From Mytilus californianus (Eukaryota), in the NCBI RefSeq assembly GCF_021869535.1, contig NW_026262690.1, forward strand, positions 68,510,001 through 68,574,000: DNA of 64,000 nt, written 5' to 3'. Of this stretch, positions 1 through 13,625 are shown piece by piece. The notes below the pieces were generated by a model. That model saw only the letters and a list, made by a program, of their open reading frames with translations. It was not told where the DNA came from and made no database searches. Made by a program: the position numbers and the translations under genes. Each line of letters opens with the position of its first letter. Positions within the stretch are counted from its first letter, which is position 1.

Positions 1-143
1 GATTCTGAAAGGGGGATCTAGCAAGCCAACATTTGGAGTAATACAATGAAAAAGTCTATGCATTTACCAAATATGAAGCTCCTTAAAAGGGGCTTGCTCC
101 CTGCCCTCCCCCAAAAAGCCGTCTCGGCAAATTCAAATCTATA

Positions 144-597
144 CATGTAGCTGTAAAGTGAAGCCTATGGAATACATTCCAAGTATAAATCTCAATAACC
201 GAAAATCAACTTATATTTTCCAGTATAATATATACACATTTATATTTTTTTTTTAATTTTATTAGTTTGTTTGTTTGTTCTAGGAGCGATTTTTTTTTCA
301 TTTAAAAATATAGGACAACAGAGTTGGTGTACGTGGGTTCGATTCCCACCCTAGGCATTCATTTATATCGGCTGGTGCAAAGCGGGCAGTTTAGCTTAGT
401 GGCCCCGCACTGACTCTCTTGTTCAAATGTCAAAAAATTCAGACAGCCAGGTCTTGCTTTCTTTTTCTCGAAGACCCTATACAACAAAACCATGGTATAA
501 TTGTGAAAATTATACCATAGATATCTATGGTATAAATTTCGGTTATTGAGATTTATACTCGGGTTGCATTCCCATAGGTTCCATTTCACAGCTATAG
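144..597. mobile_element. MITE-like element with ~60-bp imperfect terminal inverted repeats
   Basis: 144-206 (acatgtagctgt...agtataaatctcaataaccgaaa) is the reverse complement of 536-597 (tttcggttattgagatttatact...cacagctataggt) at roughly 75-80%. Interior has a B-box-like ggttcgattccc (~336-347) and the palindrome ataccatagatatctatggtat (~512-533). Confidence 0.55.
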
Positions 598-1112
598 GTT
601 AAAATATTATTAAACTAAGTAAGCCTGCGCATTGTGACACGGCATGATCCGGCATCGATTTCATATTAATAGAAAAAAAAATGAAACTGCATTATGACGG
701 TAAAGAATGTAATTATCAATAATAATTTTACGTTTTAAAACTGAAACAAATGGAGATTAAGCTGCAGTTATTTGAACAGTAAGTTATTACTCATTTATAA
801 TACATAATACATTCACAATGACAAAGCACTGAAAAAGACACATAAATCCACATTAACGATCTCTGTATAGTGTGTTTAATGTGTAAACAATGTCCAGAAT
901 TACTTGTATTTGTATAGCGTTGTGTACGTTGCCGGTATTGTAAATTTTATCAAAGCAGTAACACTATTTATCCTGCAATCGACCCGGGCAATCGACCTTT
1001 CTACTATACTAATACAGGTGTACAGATAACACGAAGCGATATAAGAATATTTAGTATTCCAATCAAGGACCCTTGATGGGCAGCACTGATGACATGTACA
1101 TTATTATAGATG

Positions 1113-3460
1113 AATAACTATTACTGATGCTTTGGGGAAGCTTTTTAATAAAATTCTTGACACCCGTCTTTGCAAATTTTTAGATAAATATCAGATCATT
1201 AAAGATAGCCAAATTGGTTTCACAAAAAAAGCACGACCATCTGACCATATGTTCATACTTAAGACCATTATTGATAAGTACTGTCATACTAAAGAAGGTA
1301 GAGTGTTTGCCTGTTTTGTTGATTTCCAGAAGGCCTTTGACACCGTCATTCACCCATGTATAAAACTCAAGTTATTAAACATCGGGCTGGGTACAAATTT
1401 TTATAATATAATTAAGAGTATGTATGCTGAGAGTAAATCGTGTATTCGATTAAAGAATAGAGTTACAGACCTTTTTCCAACTAAGGTGGGAGTGAAACTG
1501 GGAGATAATTTGATTCCAAATTGTTTAAAATTTTCATAAATGACCTCCCTGATTATCTTGAAAAGTCACCTGATCCAGTCTTGGTTAACTCAAAGCCAGT
1601 TCATTGTTTATTATATGCTGACGATATTGTCATTTTTTCTTCCTCGGAAAAGGGGCTTCAGTGTAAACTTGATCAATCAAATAATTATTGTAAAGATTGG
1701 TGTATGAAAATTAATCTAAAAAAACCAAGGTGATGGTATTTAACAAGGCAGGCAGGCATATAAAACATAATTTTTATTTTAATGACATGTTGATGGATTG
1801 TGTTCAACATTGTAAATATTTAGGTATAACATTTAGTGCATCATGATCTTTTTCCTTTGCTCAGAAGGAATTGTACAATACTTGCAAGGCACTGAAAGCA
1901 TACTACAAGCTACGAAAGGACTTCTTGTCACTGAATCCAAATATTAAAAACAGCCTCCACGTATTTGATCATACAATTAAACCCATTCTTTTGTATAGTT
2001 CGGAAATTTGGGGCTTTTTTAATCCCTTCAAAAAAAAATTAGATTCTCAGACTTCTACAGTTGATGAAGCCTATCCTATCTTTCTGGAAGATTACATATG
2101 AAATTTTGTAAACTATTACTAGGTGTGGGGAAAAGAGCAACAAACTTTGCCACTCTTTCAGAACTTGGGAAATTTCCTTTACATTTTGATATCACCAAAT
2201 CTATGATCAGATACTGGCACCGGCTTGAAAATTTGGGTTCATCCTTTCCACTACTAAAAGATGCATATTTAGAGTCAAAGCTATTATTTGAATAAAAAAT
2301 TCCCTCTTGGTATGGATCTTTAAACTATCTGCAAAAAAAAGTAATGGGGTTGACAGTCTAGCCTTTGCAAGCAACTTTAGATTCAAAATTTAATTTAAAA
2401 AGTTTTTTTTATCAGCACTATGAAATACAGTGAAGAAAATAAATGCACAATTGTGCTGATGGGAAGCTTTGTAGCTATAGCACTTTTAAGACTCATTTTG
2501 GTCTTGAAAGATATCTTACTTTATTACAATCACCTGAGCAGAGGAGAAATTTTACTCGATTGCGTATTTCTTCTCACAGACTAAGAATTGAACAAGGTCG
2601 CTATCAGGGTACTCTCCGACAAGACAGAATATGTCTCAGGTGCACCTCAAATGAAGTTGATGATGAAAAAAAATTTGTATTTTCGTGTACATCATCTCAC
2701 GATAAGAGAAATCGTTTAAATTCCACTATTAACTCACTATGCCCAAACTTTACGCATTTGATTCCTAGCCAAAAACTGATATGGCTTCTCAATGTAGAGA
2801 ATCTTGATATCTTGATATCTGTCTGTGAGTTAGTTGATGAAGACAAAATATAACTTGAAAGATAAATATTTAAATCAGGCTTTCTGCACTAGGCACGAGG
2901 TTGGCATGGTGGGGAACAGGACACATCGTATAAGTTCTATTACCTTTCTGTTTGTGATATTTCTTGATTAAACTGGTAATATTTTATCTTTTCGTAATAT
3001 GTGCACTTTGGCATGTCAATTAGCATTGTCCCTTGTTGCCTCTTGCAGTTGTGTCACTTTAATAGTACTGACTCCTCTGCACCATCCACGAGGATGACAT
3101 ACCAGTTATGTGCAACTTCTTACAATATCTTACCATATCTTTAATCATGTTAATGTCCCGATACACATTTTAATATGCACCACCATGCCATATAGCACCG
3201 TCCCTTGGTGCCTCCTGCAGTTAAGCTAGATATATTTAGCCTACTCACAGAATTCTTTTTTTTTGTTACTTTCTAGAGGTGTGCCTGAGACGAAGGTTTT
3301 ATATATACTCCTATATATATACGAATATGTGAAAACTGTTGTTTCTTATTTGTGTTTGTAACTATGTATACTGTATTGTTTATTATATTTGTAAAAATAA
3401 TATTATAATGATATTATATTATGCTCCTTGTGTGCCCATTTGATGGAAATAAAGCATCTT
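1113..3460 (+). mobile_element. 5'-truncated, frameshifted non-LTR retrotransposon (RT plus C-terminal Cys/His knuckle; RTE-X/CR1-L2-like)
   Basis: Consecutive broken ORFs 1132-2853 carry RT motifs FVDFQKAFDTV, GVK.GDNL and LLYADDIV, then RISSHRLRIEQGRYQG...RICLRC...VDDE. A 3' UTR follows and ends in a gcccatttgatgg-aataaa tail near 3460. Confidence 0.9.
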
Positions 3461-3923
3461 CTGTACACACAAAACAATACATCATGGTTTGTAACAGAAA
3501 AACATTTTTTTTTATACATTGAAATGAAACATTAAAAAGTTCAGACATGTTATAATCTCCATTCTATATAAATCACATACAGTTAATTCCAGGCAGGACC
3601 AGAACCATAAAATCATTACATAATACAATTATCATTGTTATTACATACATTAATTTATATTTCGTCTAACATCTCGACATGTAATAATATAGTTCCCTAA
3701 ATATTTAAGTACAGACAAATTTTCATTAGTAAATAACCAAACAAACACGTATATAGTCTCCTGGTATCCTGCTTCTGTTGCGAGCGAACGGTTATGTCAA
3801 ATTATTGTTTACGTCTCAGTTCAATTTTGGGTTCTCATTGCGGTCCGCGCATGTCGATTTCTTTCAAAAACAAATTCAACGATTGGGATGGAAAAAAAAT
3901 GTACAAGATTAATTGCAGGATAA

Positions 3924-4073
3924 AGACAATAACTGTTTGGTGTCTTTAAATATCAGCTGTATTTGTACTCGGCTCGAAGCAGGAGTTATAGCTCGCTGAA
4001 GCTTGCATTACACCTGTTTTTTAGCCTCGTACAAATACAGCTGATATTTAAAGACACTAAACAGTTATTGTCT
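3924..4073. mobile_element. 150-bp MITE with ~50-bp TIRs
   Basis: agacaataactgtttggtgtctttaaatatcagctgtatttgtac is mirrored by gtacaaatacagctgatatttaaagacactaaacagttattgtct, with 1 mismatch over 45 bp. Confidence 0.8.
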
Positions 4074-5188
4074 ATGTATCATCACCACCGGATATAGGTG
4101 TTGCACATTATTTTTATACTAAATTTTATATTCAAAACTATCTAAATATGTTGATTTCTATTACAGTTTATTAACGTGTACGTTTCGTGTTCACCAGGCA
4201 TATTTAATTTATTCAATAGTAATGATCTCGAAATTCATAATGAATTTAAATGTCCGAAATATTTGTTTACACCTGAAACATGTTAGATTATAAATTTGTA
4301 TTTGTCAATACTTATGGTCAAGATTGAACTTAAATCTTACGGTTATTCAATATTTCTATTTGATCAATTATGTTTAATTCAATCATAGATGTATAGATGG
4401 GTTTATACATCTATGATTCAATACACAAGCGTGTAAATAATTTCTCTTTGATAAACGGAATCAATCTGTTATTTAATTTCTGTTGACAAAATGACCATTA
4501 CTAACTTTGTTGTTAGCAACGCTATTTGGTATTTAAAGAAAGATAAATTTTTATTAAAGGACTCCGTTTGGATATGCCAACGAGAGCACACGGACTCCGT
4601 TTGGATATGCCAACGAGAGCACATGTACTGCGTCCGGATTTTCCAACGCAAGCAGATAAATTGTTTTTGTTTTAAAATTACTGATTTGTATAATACTGTT
4701 ATTTTATATTTGGACTCTATTAAATGATTTTGGACTTTACCAATTTGTTTACGTTTATTGAATTGGACTGCCGATTTGGATGTGAATGAACTGTGATATA
4801 TTCCAATTCGTTATTTAAAACCCATTAATATCTTATACAAAGTATATTGGTATCGAATCATACCAGTTCGTATCTTGTAGTACAATAACAGTCGACTACA
4901 GATACAAAAGCTAGTTTCCCCAGCTTCAACACCATCCCACACACGGGATCCCACTCAAAGCCGTTCTGACAATGTTTATCTGGAAACGTACAAATTCTTT
5001 CTTGATAAAGGTACCCTTGGCCTGGTTCTCTGTTCATTGTCTAAGAAAAACAACATTACTGTACAAATACCAGCGTATAGCTACTTGGGTACCTATATGT
5101 TGGTATATGTACAGTAATGTAGTTTTTCTTAGACAATGAACACATAACCAGGTCAAGGGTACCTATATCTGGTGGTGATGATACATAG
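4072..5188. mobile_element. ~1.1-kb non-autonomous TIR element (28-bp TIR)
   Basis: ctatgtatcatcaccaccggatataggt (4072-4099) versus acctatatctggtggtgatgatacatag (5161-5188), 1 mismatch. No coding capacity inside. Confidence 0.6.
5009..5164. repeat. ~155-bp near-perfect palindrome/hairpin
   Basis: aggtacccttggcctggtt...cattgtctaagaaaaacaacattactgtaca folds onto tgtacagtaatgtagtttttcttagacaatg...aaccaggtcaagggtacct. Confidence 0.8.
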
Positions 5189-5330
5189 TGAGTTAGTGAT
5201 TGGATTTATAGACTGATCTAAATCTGTCTCAAATATGATCGATGAGTTTAGCAATAGGTATCGAACTAGAGGACAGTGTCCTTAGCACTCGTCAGTCTAA
5301 AGTGAATTCACATCATATGAAAACAGTCAT

Positions 5331-5386
5331 CATAAGATAAGATATATTTTATTACCAGTTAAGGGCCCACAAGGGGCATATAGAGG
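5331..5386 (-). mobile_element. 3' tail fragment of a non-LTR element
   Basis: Minus strand reads atgccccttgtgggccc...aataaaaatatatcttatcttatg, the same tail architecture as at 30795-30855. Confidence 0.4.
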
Positions 5387-5824
5387 ATACACGTATAAGG
5401 AAAAAGAACATTGATTAGCATAGATACATAGAATTTAAATACACAATTACAATACAATTAGACTTTAAAAAAGCCCTTGGTTTAAAGTATATAATATATT
5501 TATATGAGAAATAAATACATCTAACTCATATTGACTTGAATAAATTTTCCAACAGCATTAAGTAGCCTGAAGTTAAAACATGGATTTTCATCTTCAATAC
5601 AGACAGATGAGCATTTTTGGCAAATTCTTTCATTCTTTCATAGTTGTACGACTTTGCCCCCAGCAGAGCTATAGAAAAACAGAACAATACGGACACTTTT
5701 TATGAATAGAGTGACTCACTCGTGCATTCAGTGAGTTCATAGTATATGTAAGAGAATTTTACACCCCAGTTCTATTGTTATACTTCATAGTTTCTATTTC
5801 TGAAACAAGTGTAAATTGAATAGA

Positions 5825-5938
5825 TCTATTGTTACGAAAAACAATGGATTTTGACCACAGGGTGTGACGAGCGGGGTTTCCAGAAACCCCTGCTTCTACA
5901 TCCCGCAAACAAAGTCCATTGTTATTCGTAACAATAGA
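5825..5938. mobile_element. Small hairpin MITE
   Basis: tctattgttacgaaaaacaatgga / tccattgttattcgtaacaataga inverted ends, with central gcggggtttc-cag-aaacccctgc. Confidence 0.6.
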
Positions 5939-6965
5939 AATTGATTATGAACATAAGAAATTACTTATAGTGTTCACTTCAAATTGTTTCATGATATTAA
6001 AAAAAACACATATTAGGAAATCCCAATAAGCATCTATATGGAATACAAAAATAATCCTTTAAATATTTTTTTGCTTGAAGGTAATTTTTTTTATCCCAGT
6101 CATATGATCTCTATTCTAAAGCATTGGTCTTTAAAAAAAGAATTGGAATTCTAGCTCCCAGACCCCCCTCCCCCGGTTACCCAGTGGCCGATCCGGGGTT
6201 GGGGGTTCCGCGGGTTGGACCCGACTTTTATTTAAAAGATCAATGCATTTGAATGGTTGCCCCCCCCCTTTTCTCTCGAGTTGGGAACCCCCGGCTGGCT
6301 CAGCCCCTGATCCCCCCCCCCCCCCCCCCAAAAAAAAAAAGTGGAGTTCCTCAATATTAAATATTGTATGTTGAGCGTGTCTGGTAGTCGGGTTTCTAAT
6401 GCAGACACACCTATTCCTTAGTATGTTCGAATATGAATGTTTGTTTATTCTCGAGATGAAGGGGGGGGGGGGGGGGGGGGGGGGCTTTTGTTTTTGATAA
6501 AATCATAAGATATAAAATACAGTTATGATTACCTTTATTAGACTGATACAGGTAAGTACTTTGGGTTATAATATTGCCTTTATCTTTAGTCTCTTCTACC
6601 AAATCCAACGCTTGCCACAGAATGTCGTCCGTCTTATACCCGTCCATATTGACAACTGTATACCAGGAGCATGATGTAATTTTTTGTTTGTAATAAGAAT
6701 ACACGAAACAGTCAACCTTGACCTGCTGATCCATATTAGCACATGGATTTAACGGGAATATGCAAAACCAATTGACATTTGTAAAATATACTCACTTGTC
6801 AAAGTTTGAACGAAGATAACCAAAGAAAGGTTACTAGTGGGGTTTCATGTAATAAAAAATATTCTTATAAATCATGGTTTGATATTATCAATAAATATGC
6901 TATGGTTTTTGTTTTCATTTAATAATCAATGTTAACAAATATAGGGTTTAGAATGGGGTGTAAGT

Positions 6966-7138
6966 TAGTTATACACCTCGGGATACGGTGTGTCTGGATA
7001 AGAAACCCCTCCGGCCTCCGGCCGACGGGGTTTCTTGTCCAGACACACCTATCTCTCGGTGTATAACTATTACATAATCCCTTTCTTCATGAATAAATAC
7101 GAGCGTTAGCGAGTACTTATCATGAAGTAAGGGATTAT
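6966..7138. mobile_element. Two adjacent long hairpins (MITE-like)
   Basis: 6966-7069 tagttatacacc...tgtgtctggataagaaacccc / ggggtttcttgtccagacaca...ggtgtataacta. 7074-7138 ataatccctt..catga / tcatgaagtaagggattat. Confidence 0.65.
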
Positions 7139-8570
7139 CATTCTCTTACAAACTTACAAAGAATATTGTAAAGTGCTCAAGGCCTTAAATGATTTATTCA
7201 AGAATTAGTTTCATTGTCAGTGCAATGTTTATAATTAATGCATGACTTCCTTTTTCGGCATGTCATTTATGGATAAGTTTTAGTGATGTGAGGACTTTCT
7301 TATCATTTGGGAAATATTTTTAAAAAAAAATGCGTTATAGATATTAGGTGACACAACAGTAGAAAGAAACGGTAGGAATTGTATGTTTCCCGATTGTGAG
7401 TATGAATGCAAATCATGTAATATTTTAGTGAGGAATTACCCTGTTTTATTTACAGTTTAAATCAATTAATTCATTAGAGTTACAACTAAATTTTATTTCA
7501 CAGCCAATAATTTGGTCCGGCTTTTTACATCAAAATACTGTTTCATTATGTCAGGGAAATGCTCAAAAATAATGCCCTTAAAAGTTTTTAATATGTTTAA
7601 AATTTAATTCCTGTTTTTTATCGGAATAATTGTATTGGAAATAACTATTCTCCCCAACCGCTGATCATGTAATCAAAGTTTTGGAAAGCTAAAGATTTAG
7701 GTTATTTTTTATCTGAAAGATTTTTTTCTTTTTTTTGCATTGCTTTGGTATTGTTTAATTTTATAGTAATTTGAAGTTATTAATATTTTCATAATAAAAT
7801 TCACGGTACCAATTTTACTGCACCAGTAAACTTCAACTTATTTTGAGATTATTGTTTGTTTCACAATTCAACTTTTAGTCAGTTTCAATCACTGTGTGAT
7901 AAATCCTTTCAATCAGATAAATGTGCTTCGGGGCAGTTGTAACTCATTTATAGAAACTCTTTGTTTTGAACTGTAAATAATAGGATAATCCCTTACTAAG
8001 AACATGATTTACATTCATTCTTCACAATTAAGAGGCATCCAATTCTACAATTTCATTGGTCGAGAGTACTTTGCTATATTCTAAGGCACTTTATCGCACA
8101 CCTTCTTTAAGCTGAAATCTTTTAAATCGTCTAATTCGAACCATACGAATGATTTCCCATTTTCTCTTCATGTTCAAGGAATTTGCTTAAGTCGAATTGT
8201 GATAGCACAAATTCAGTCTAAACGTCAACAAACGTCCACCCATTTTGATATAGGGATGGAAAATGAAGAAAAAAAATTAAAAAATTTTAACATGCAAAAC
8301 ACTTACCTTTGACACACATGATATGTAGGATATACTTGAAGATTCAAAAGTTCACAAATGTTTCATTAGAGATAAAATTGATCCCCCCACTATGAATTTA
8401 TAAAAAAATTAAAAAAATGATAAGTCCCTTAATCTTCACATTCCAAGTCCTATTTCAAGAAAAATATTACTTTCTAAAGTACCTCCCCCCCTTTTTTTAA
8501 ACAAATACACCGACGTCCAAATTATTAAAATTCAAAGTTTTTAATCGACACGGTATATGGAGGATTACTT

Positions 8571-9128
8571 TTCTGGTAGACAGACAGTTCTCTTGTGATT
8601 ACTATTCTGGTAGACAGACAGTTCTCTTGTGATTACTATTCTGGTAGACGGTTCTCTTGTGATTACTATTCTGGTAGACAGACAGTTCTCTTGTGATTAC
8701 TATTCTGGTAGACAGACAGTTCTCTTGTGATTACTATTCTGGTAGACGGTTCTCTTGTGATTACTATTCTGGTAGACAGACAGTTCTCTTGTGATTACTA
8801 TTCTGGTAGACAGACAGTTCTCTTGTGATTACTATTCTGGTAGACAGACAGTTCTCTTGTGATTTCTATTCTGGTAGACAGTTCTCTTGTGATTACTGTT
8901 CTGGTAGACAGACAGTTCTCTTGTGATTACTATTCTGGTAAACAGTTCTCTTGTGATTACTATTCTGGTAGACAGACAGTTCTCTTGTGATTACTATTCT
9001 GGTAGACAAACAGTTCTCTTGTGATTACTATTCTGGTAGACAGACAGTTCTCGTGAGATTACTATTCTGGTAGACAGACAGTTCTCTTGTGATTACTATT
9101 CTGGTAGACAGTTCTCTTGTGATTACTA
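8571..9128. repeat. 34/30-bp minisatellite, 17 units
   Basis: Unit ttctggtagacagacagttctcttgtgattacta (34 bp) and a variant lacking one gaca (30 bp), head-to-tail with no spacers. Confidence 0.97.
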
Positions 9129-10872
9129 ATTATGTATCCCAAGCAACAGTCCATTTCTTGTGCTCATAAAAAAAAATTGCACAAAACATTTTTAAAGACA
9201 AGAAGAAAAAATACCTTCCAATATTCTTCTATCTCACTTTCAGAATATATAATTGAGACTAATTCGTTAAATAATTTTAGAATTCTTCATTCAGTGCTAA
9301 CATCTAAATACGTCTCAATGAATCCAACATTTAAGATACTGCAGAGAAAGGAAAGCCGAGGACGAACGTTAGTGTTATCAGTTTCTCTATTGTCAATTTC
9401 CCAATCTTGATTAGTCACCTTCCACTACAGGGGCATTACATTGACATCCACTCCAACCTATTGCCCTCATTTCAACTGTTACGATATACTAGAAAATGCT
9501 CTCGTAATGGCAATTTCAGTATCCACTGATGAGCACTAATTTATACAAGGAGGCATGCGTGCAGGCTATCTGAGGGGGATTATTTGGGGTCATGACGCTT
9601 TGACTTAAGTAATCAACTCCAGTCTAAATTTCGTCATTTATAGTCTTTAAGTAGTATTTTTTTAATTTTCAGAAGGGGTTTGGGGTGAGAGAAGTCAGAC
9701 TAAAAAGATGCCTGTTTCTAGTGATATAAACTTAACATGGACAGTAATGTTAAGGTTAGAAGATTAAAAAAGAAGGGAAGCGGTTTTTATCTAGAATGTA
9801 AGGCCATTCAGGTACTTCGTACTTAAAGTAACCCGAATGACCTTATACAATAATGTTTTATAACGGAAACGACATGTATATCAATACAATAGTTTAAAAT
9901 ACAATTACCACGTGGTATATTTTTATATGTGTGTCGTGATCATGGTGGTTTGCGCTAAAAGAAATATTAGGTAAGATCAATGACTTTATAACACTCAACA
10001 CACATATCATTTGGTGGATCAGACGTTAATATACAACAACAGTGATCATGGCCTCATTAGCCATGCATAGATACACATATGTAAGCTGTATCTGTTTAAT
10101 ATCTGATAATTAATTAATGAGCACGTTTATGGTGTATAAAACACAAACTGGTCGACCTTCAAAAAATAGTTTATTTACACTTTTATTATTTGGATTTTTT
10201 CTTTTGAAAATCATTACATAAGATATTCGTGAAATCATCATTCAAGAGAAAACGATATAAGACAATTTTATGGGCATAGGTAGCAAAGAGGAAACAATCA
10301 CTGACATATCTATCTATATATATGCTATATGAAACCACAGCTCGCAAATTTGAGAAATGCCGATACCAGGACAGGAACTTATTGTTTTTCTCATTTTATT
10401 TCCATCCTCCTGGTGCTCTCTTTCGAGTAGTTTTATTGAGAGGGGTAACATTCCTATCACATTTGGATGCAAATGTGTCATCTAAAACTGTCATACAAAG
10501 AATAATTACATAATCCATATGGTATTTACGCTGTGTAAAATATCGACAAATATAATGCCTACCCATGTTAAAATGAGCATAGAGCATGCCATGAAGGAAT
10601 TATTTCGATTCTAATATGACAAATACAGTATTCTTTTAGGTCGAAGCGTATGAAAATACCTTAGGAATGTTTGGCTGTTCCCGTTTTCTCCCCATGAGTT
10701 CTGTATGTCATATTTTAAAATTTGATAAGTTTAAAAACTAATGGTAGGGTAATATATGATATTTTAATAACAATATATGATAGAAATTTTATGTAAGCAG
10801 CTAAAATATTGATATTTTATTAGGCTGAAAATGAAAATAACGAGAATGTAAACAGTAAGTTTGTGCGCATAT

Positions 10873-11430
10873 TATGGAACGCCACAGCTGTCTTATGTGG
10901 AACTCTGATATTACTTTATGTTGTTTTATTATTACTTGATGATATTTTGTCTTTACTTAATATGGTTTTGACATTACGTAATGATGTTTTGATATAACTC
11001 AATATGGAATAGTCATTACTTAATGATATTTCGATATTACACGATATGGTTTCGTATTGACTTGATATAGTTTTGTCATTACTCAATATGGTTTTGTCAT
11101 TACTCGATGTGGTTTCACCATTATTTAATGTGGTTGTGTCATTAGTCAATGTGGTTTTAACATTACTTGATGTGAATGTGACTTAACGTTATGTAGTTGT
11201 TTCATTACATGATGTGGTTTTGTTATTTCGTAATGATGATTTGCCTATTCTTTATATGGTTTTAACATTACGTAATGATGTTTCAAAATTTGACGATTTT
11301 ACACTACATGATGTGTTTGTTTCATTATTTGATGTGGTCCTGTCATTCTTTGATGTGGTTATCCCATTACTTGATGAGGTAAAATCACGTGACCAATTCG
11401 GAAAAACCTGTTCTATTTTTAGATAGATTT
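10873..11430 (+). repeat. Left arm of long inverted repeat, built of degenerate 21-bp tandem units
   Basis: Reverse complement of 13845-14407. ORF-track peptides 10916-11149(-) and 14131-14364(+) are near-identical, differing at 2 of 77 aa. Confidence 0.95.
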
Positions 11431-12243
11431 CCATGTTGTATGTGCCTTGGATAAGTGTGGCCATCCATCGAATTAGAGTTCAAATTAAAGTTCGGGTTAC
11501 TGTTTGAGTTAAACTTTGAGTTAGTCTTCGATTTCGAATTCAAGTCATTATTAGAATTAAAGTTTTAGTTAGCATTGAGTCTCGAGTTGGACTTCGAGTT
11601 TGAGTCACATTTAACTGAGGTAGAGTTCTAGTTACAACATTAAATTTGAGTCACTTTTTGAGGTAGAGTTTGAGTAAGATTCGAATTTAAGTCTCATTTA
11701 GATTAATTAAGATTTTGAGTTGAAATTCGAGCTATCTTACATGAGTTCGTAATTAAATTTTCTATCGCGGAACAAGGACTTTTGCTCGGGCTTCCGAAAA
11801 GAGGGCCCCGGGGTATGCGTACAAAAGATAAACACTGTTACAGTATACAAAACGCAACATAGAAGTTGAAATAAAGTTAGATGTGGTGTGATTGACAATG
11901 AGACAACTATCCATCAGAGTTTAAATGCAGTGGATGTAAGAAATCATATATAGGCAACCGTACAGCCTTCAACACACCGTATAGTCAGCTACAAAAGGCC
12001 ACCATGCAACATGTGAATAAATTCAAACGAAAAAACAAACGGTCTTATTTATAAATAAACAATCTACAAAAAAAAAATAACACACATTTATACGACAACA
12101 ATTGAACTTCACGTCCTGACTTGGGGCAGGTACATAAAGAAATTGCACGTGGCGGAGTTTAACATGTATGTGAGCGCTAAATCCTAACCTTACATCGGAC
12201 TGTTACAGTTGTGTAACAGCACAACACGAGAAAAAAATGTAAA

Positions 12244-12526
12244 CTAGACAAAGTGATGCCCCCGCACTCAACTCATTTAACCGCTTATACCCCAAAAATG
12301 ACAAAAAAAAGTTCAATTATCTCCCAAAAGAGCAAAAAAAACCCTGACCACATGAACACCTTCAATATATGTACAAACAGACAGTAAAGAGAAAACTTCC
12401 TAGGATTCAAACTGTAGGAGGAGTTATGCGGAATAACTATATACCCATAATGGGACGGACAGACGGACGGACGGACGGGGGTAAAACAATATGCTCCCCC
12501 CCCAACTTTCAGTTGCGGTGGCATAC
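12244..12526 (-). mobile_element. Non-autonomous Helitron/Helentron-associated (HINE-like) element
   Basis: Minus strand has 5' atgccaccgca...(gtcc)n microsatellite and 3' tgcgggggcat (subterminal inverted repeat), followed by CTAG-TTT. Confidence 0.7.
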
Positions 12527-12989
12527 AGAACAGTTTCATTTGGCTGTTTCAATAGATCGGTATGACTGGGTAATATAAATCCATCGGGGTGATCTCGGAT
12601 GCTCCAGAAAGGCACCCGTCGTGTTTTTCGAGAAAGTACAAACCCAGTGATTTGGTTTTATTTGGTAGTTTACATTCAAGGAAAAGATGACGGTTTTATG
12701 GTTACGACCACTGGAACATGTCCGTCGTCACATATGAAACAGATATTCCAAAAAGTTTATTTTTCAATTAGTGCGAGGTAGATCAGGGAATTCAATTGAT
12801 TACAAATAAAAGATTGATATTCGTATAAGTTCAAATGATCATTTACGCTAAAAAAAATTCGGAGAATTCTTATTTTATAGTATTGATGCTTTGTCGCTTA
12901 GTCCGAGCCCCCCTCCCCCGTTTCCCTGTAACTTTAGTGTGAGTTGATTTGAAGTGTTTCATTTGTTAACAATAAAGTTCAAGTCTTTT

Positions 12990-13625
12990 GATTTGTGTCG
13001 AGCCTGCGACATCAATGTAGCGGCAGTGAGACACAAAAAACCTATATTCCGTCGTCGATAATGGCGTCGGCGTCTCCATCTCCATTTTTTAAATTTCTAT
13101 TGAGTTTAACCTTTCATTATACATGTTACTAAACATGTATGCCATGTATATTACTTTTAGAATATCATACTGGATTTGTTTACCTCGACTATTGTATCTG
13201 TATTTATATTGTATGTTTCTCTGTAAACTTGTATTTAGTTTTTAGAGAATAAAGTATCTATCTATCTATCTATAGATCGTTAGGTTTCTAGGTTTTTACA
13301 TTTTTCATTTCGGGACCTTTTATAGCTTACTATAGGGTATGGGTTTTGCTCATTGTTGAAAACCATACAGTTTTGTTTTAGTTAAATAAAACCAAATTTA
13401 ACTGTTTTGACATGATAAATTTGTAAACCTCCATGAAGTGTTTTAAAACTTGTATAGGAGTTATTCCTCAATTTCAAGAAAAAGCATCTACAGAAAAACC
13501 TTTTTTTTTTTATTTTTTTTTTCCCGATAAATGTGGTGATAAATGTACAGCCGATCAACATGACGCTTTTACACTTACAGCAGCAATATCAGGCGAGACA
13601 CAGGGTTCCGTGGAATATTTTACAA
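12990..13625 (+). mobile_element. Decayed HINE-like remnant (same family as 14631-15160)
   Basis: 5' box gtcgagcctgcgac...cgtcggcgtc near 12996 and 3' box aggcgagacacagggttccgtggaa near 13590 match the ends of the 14.6-15.2 kb copy in opposite orientation. Confidence 0.45.

Noticed and set aside
325-360. tRNA gene
   Set aside because: Only a B-box-like ggttcgattccc is present; no cloverleaf or A-box could be built.
6312-6484. C18 and G24 tracts as a paired stem or functional G-quadruplex switch
   Set aside because: The flanking sequence does not extend the pairing. Long G/C homopolymers recur in the window (16590, 43682) and their lengths are error-prone.
8571-9128. CRISPR array
   Set aside because: Repeat length is CRISPR-like, but units are head-to-tail with no unique spacers, there are no cas genes, and the context is eukaryotic.
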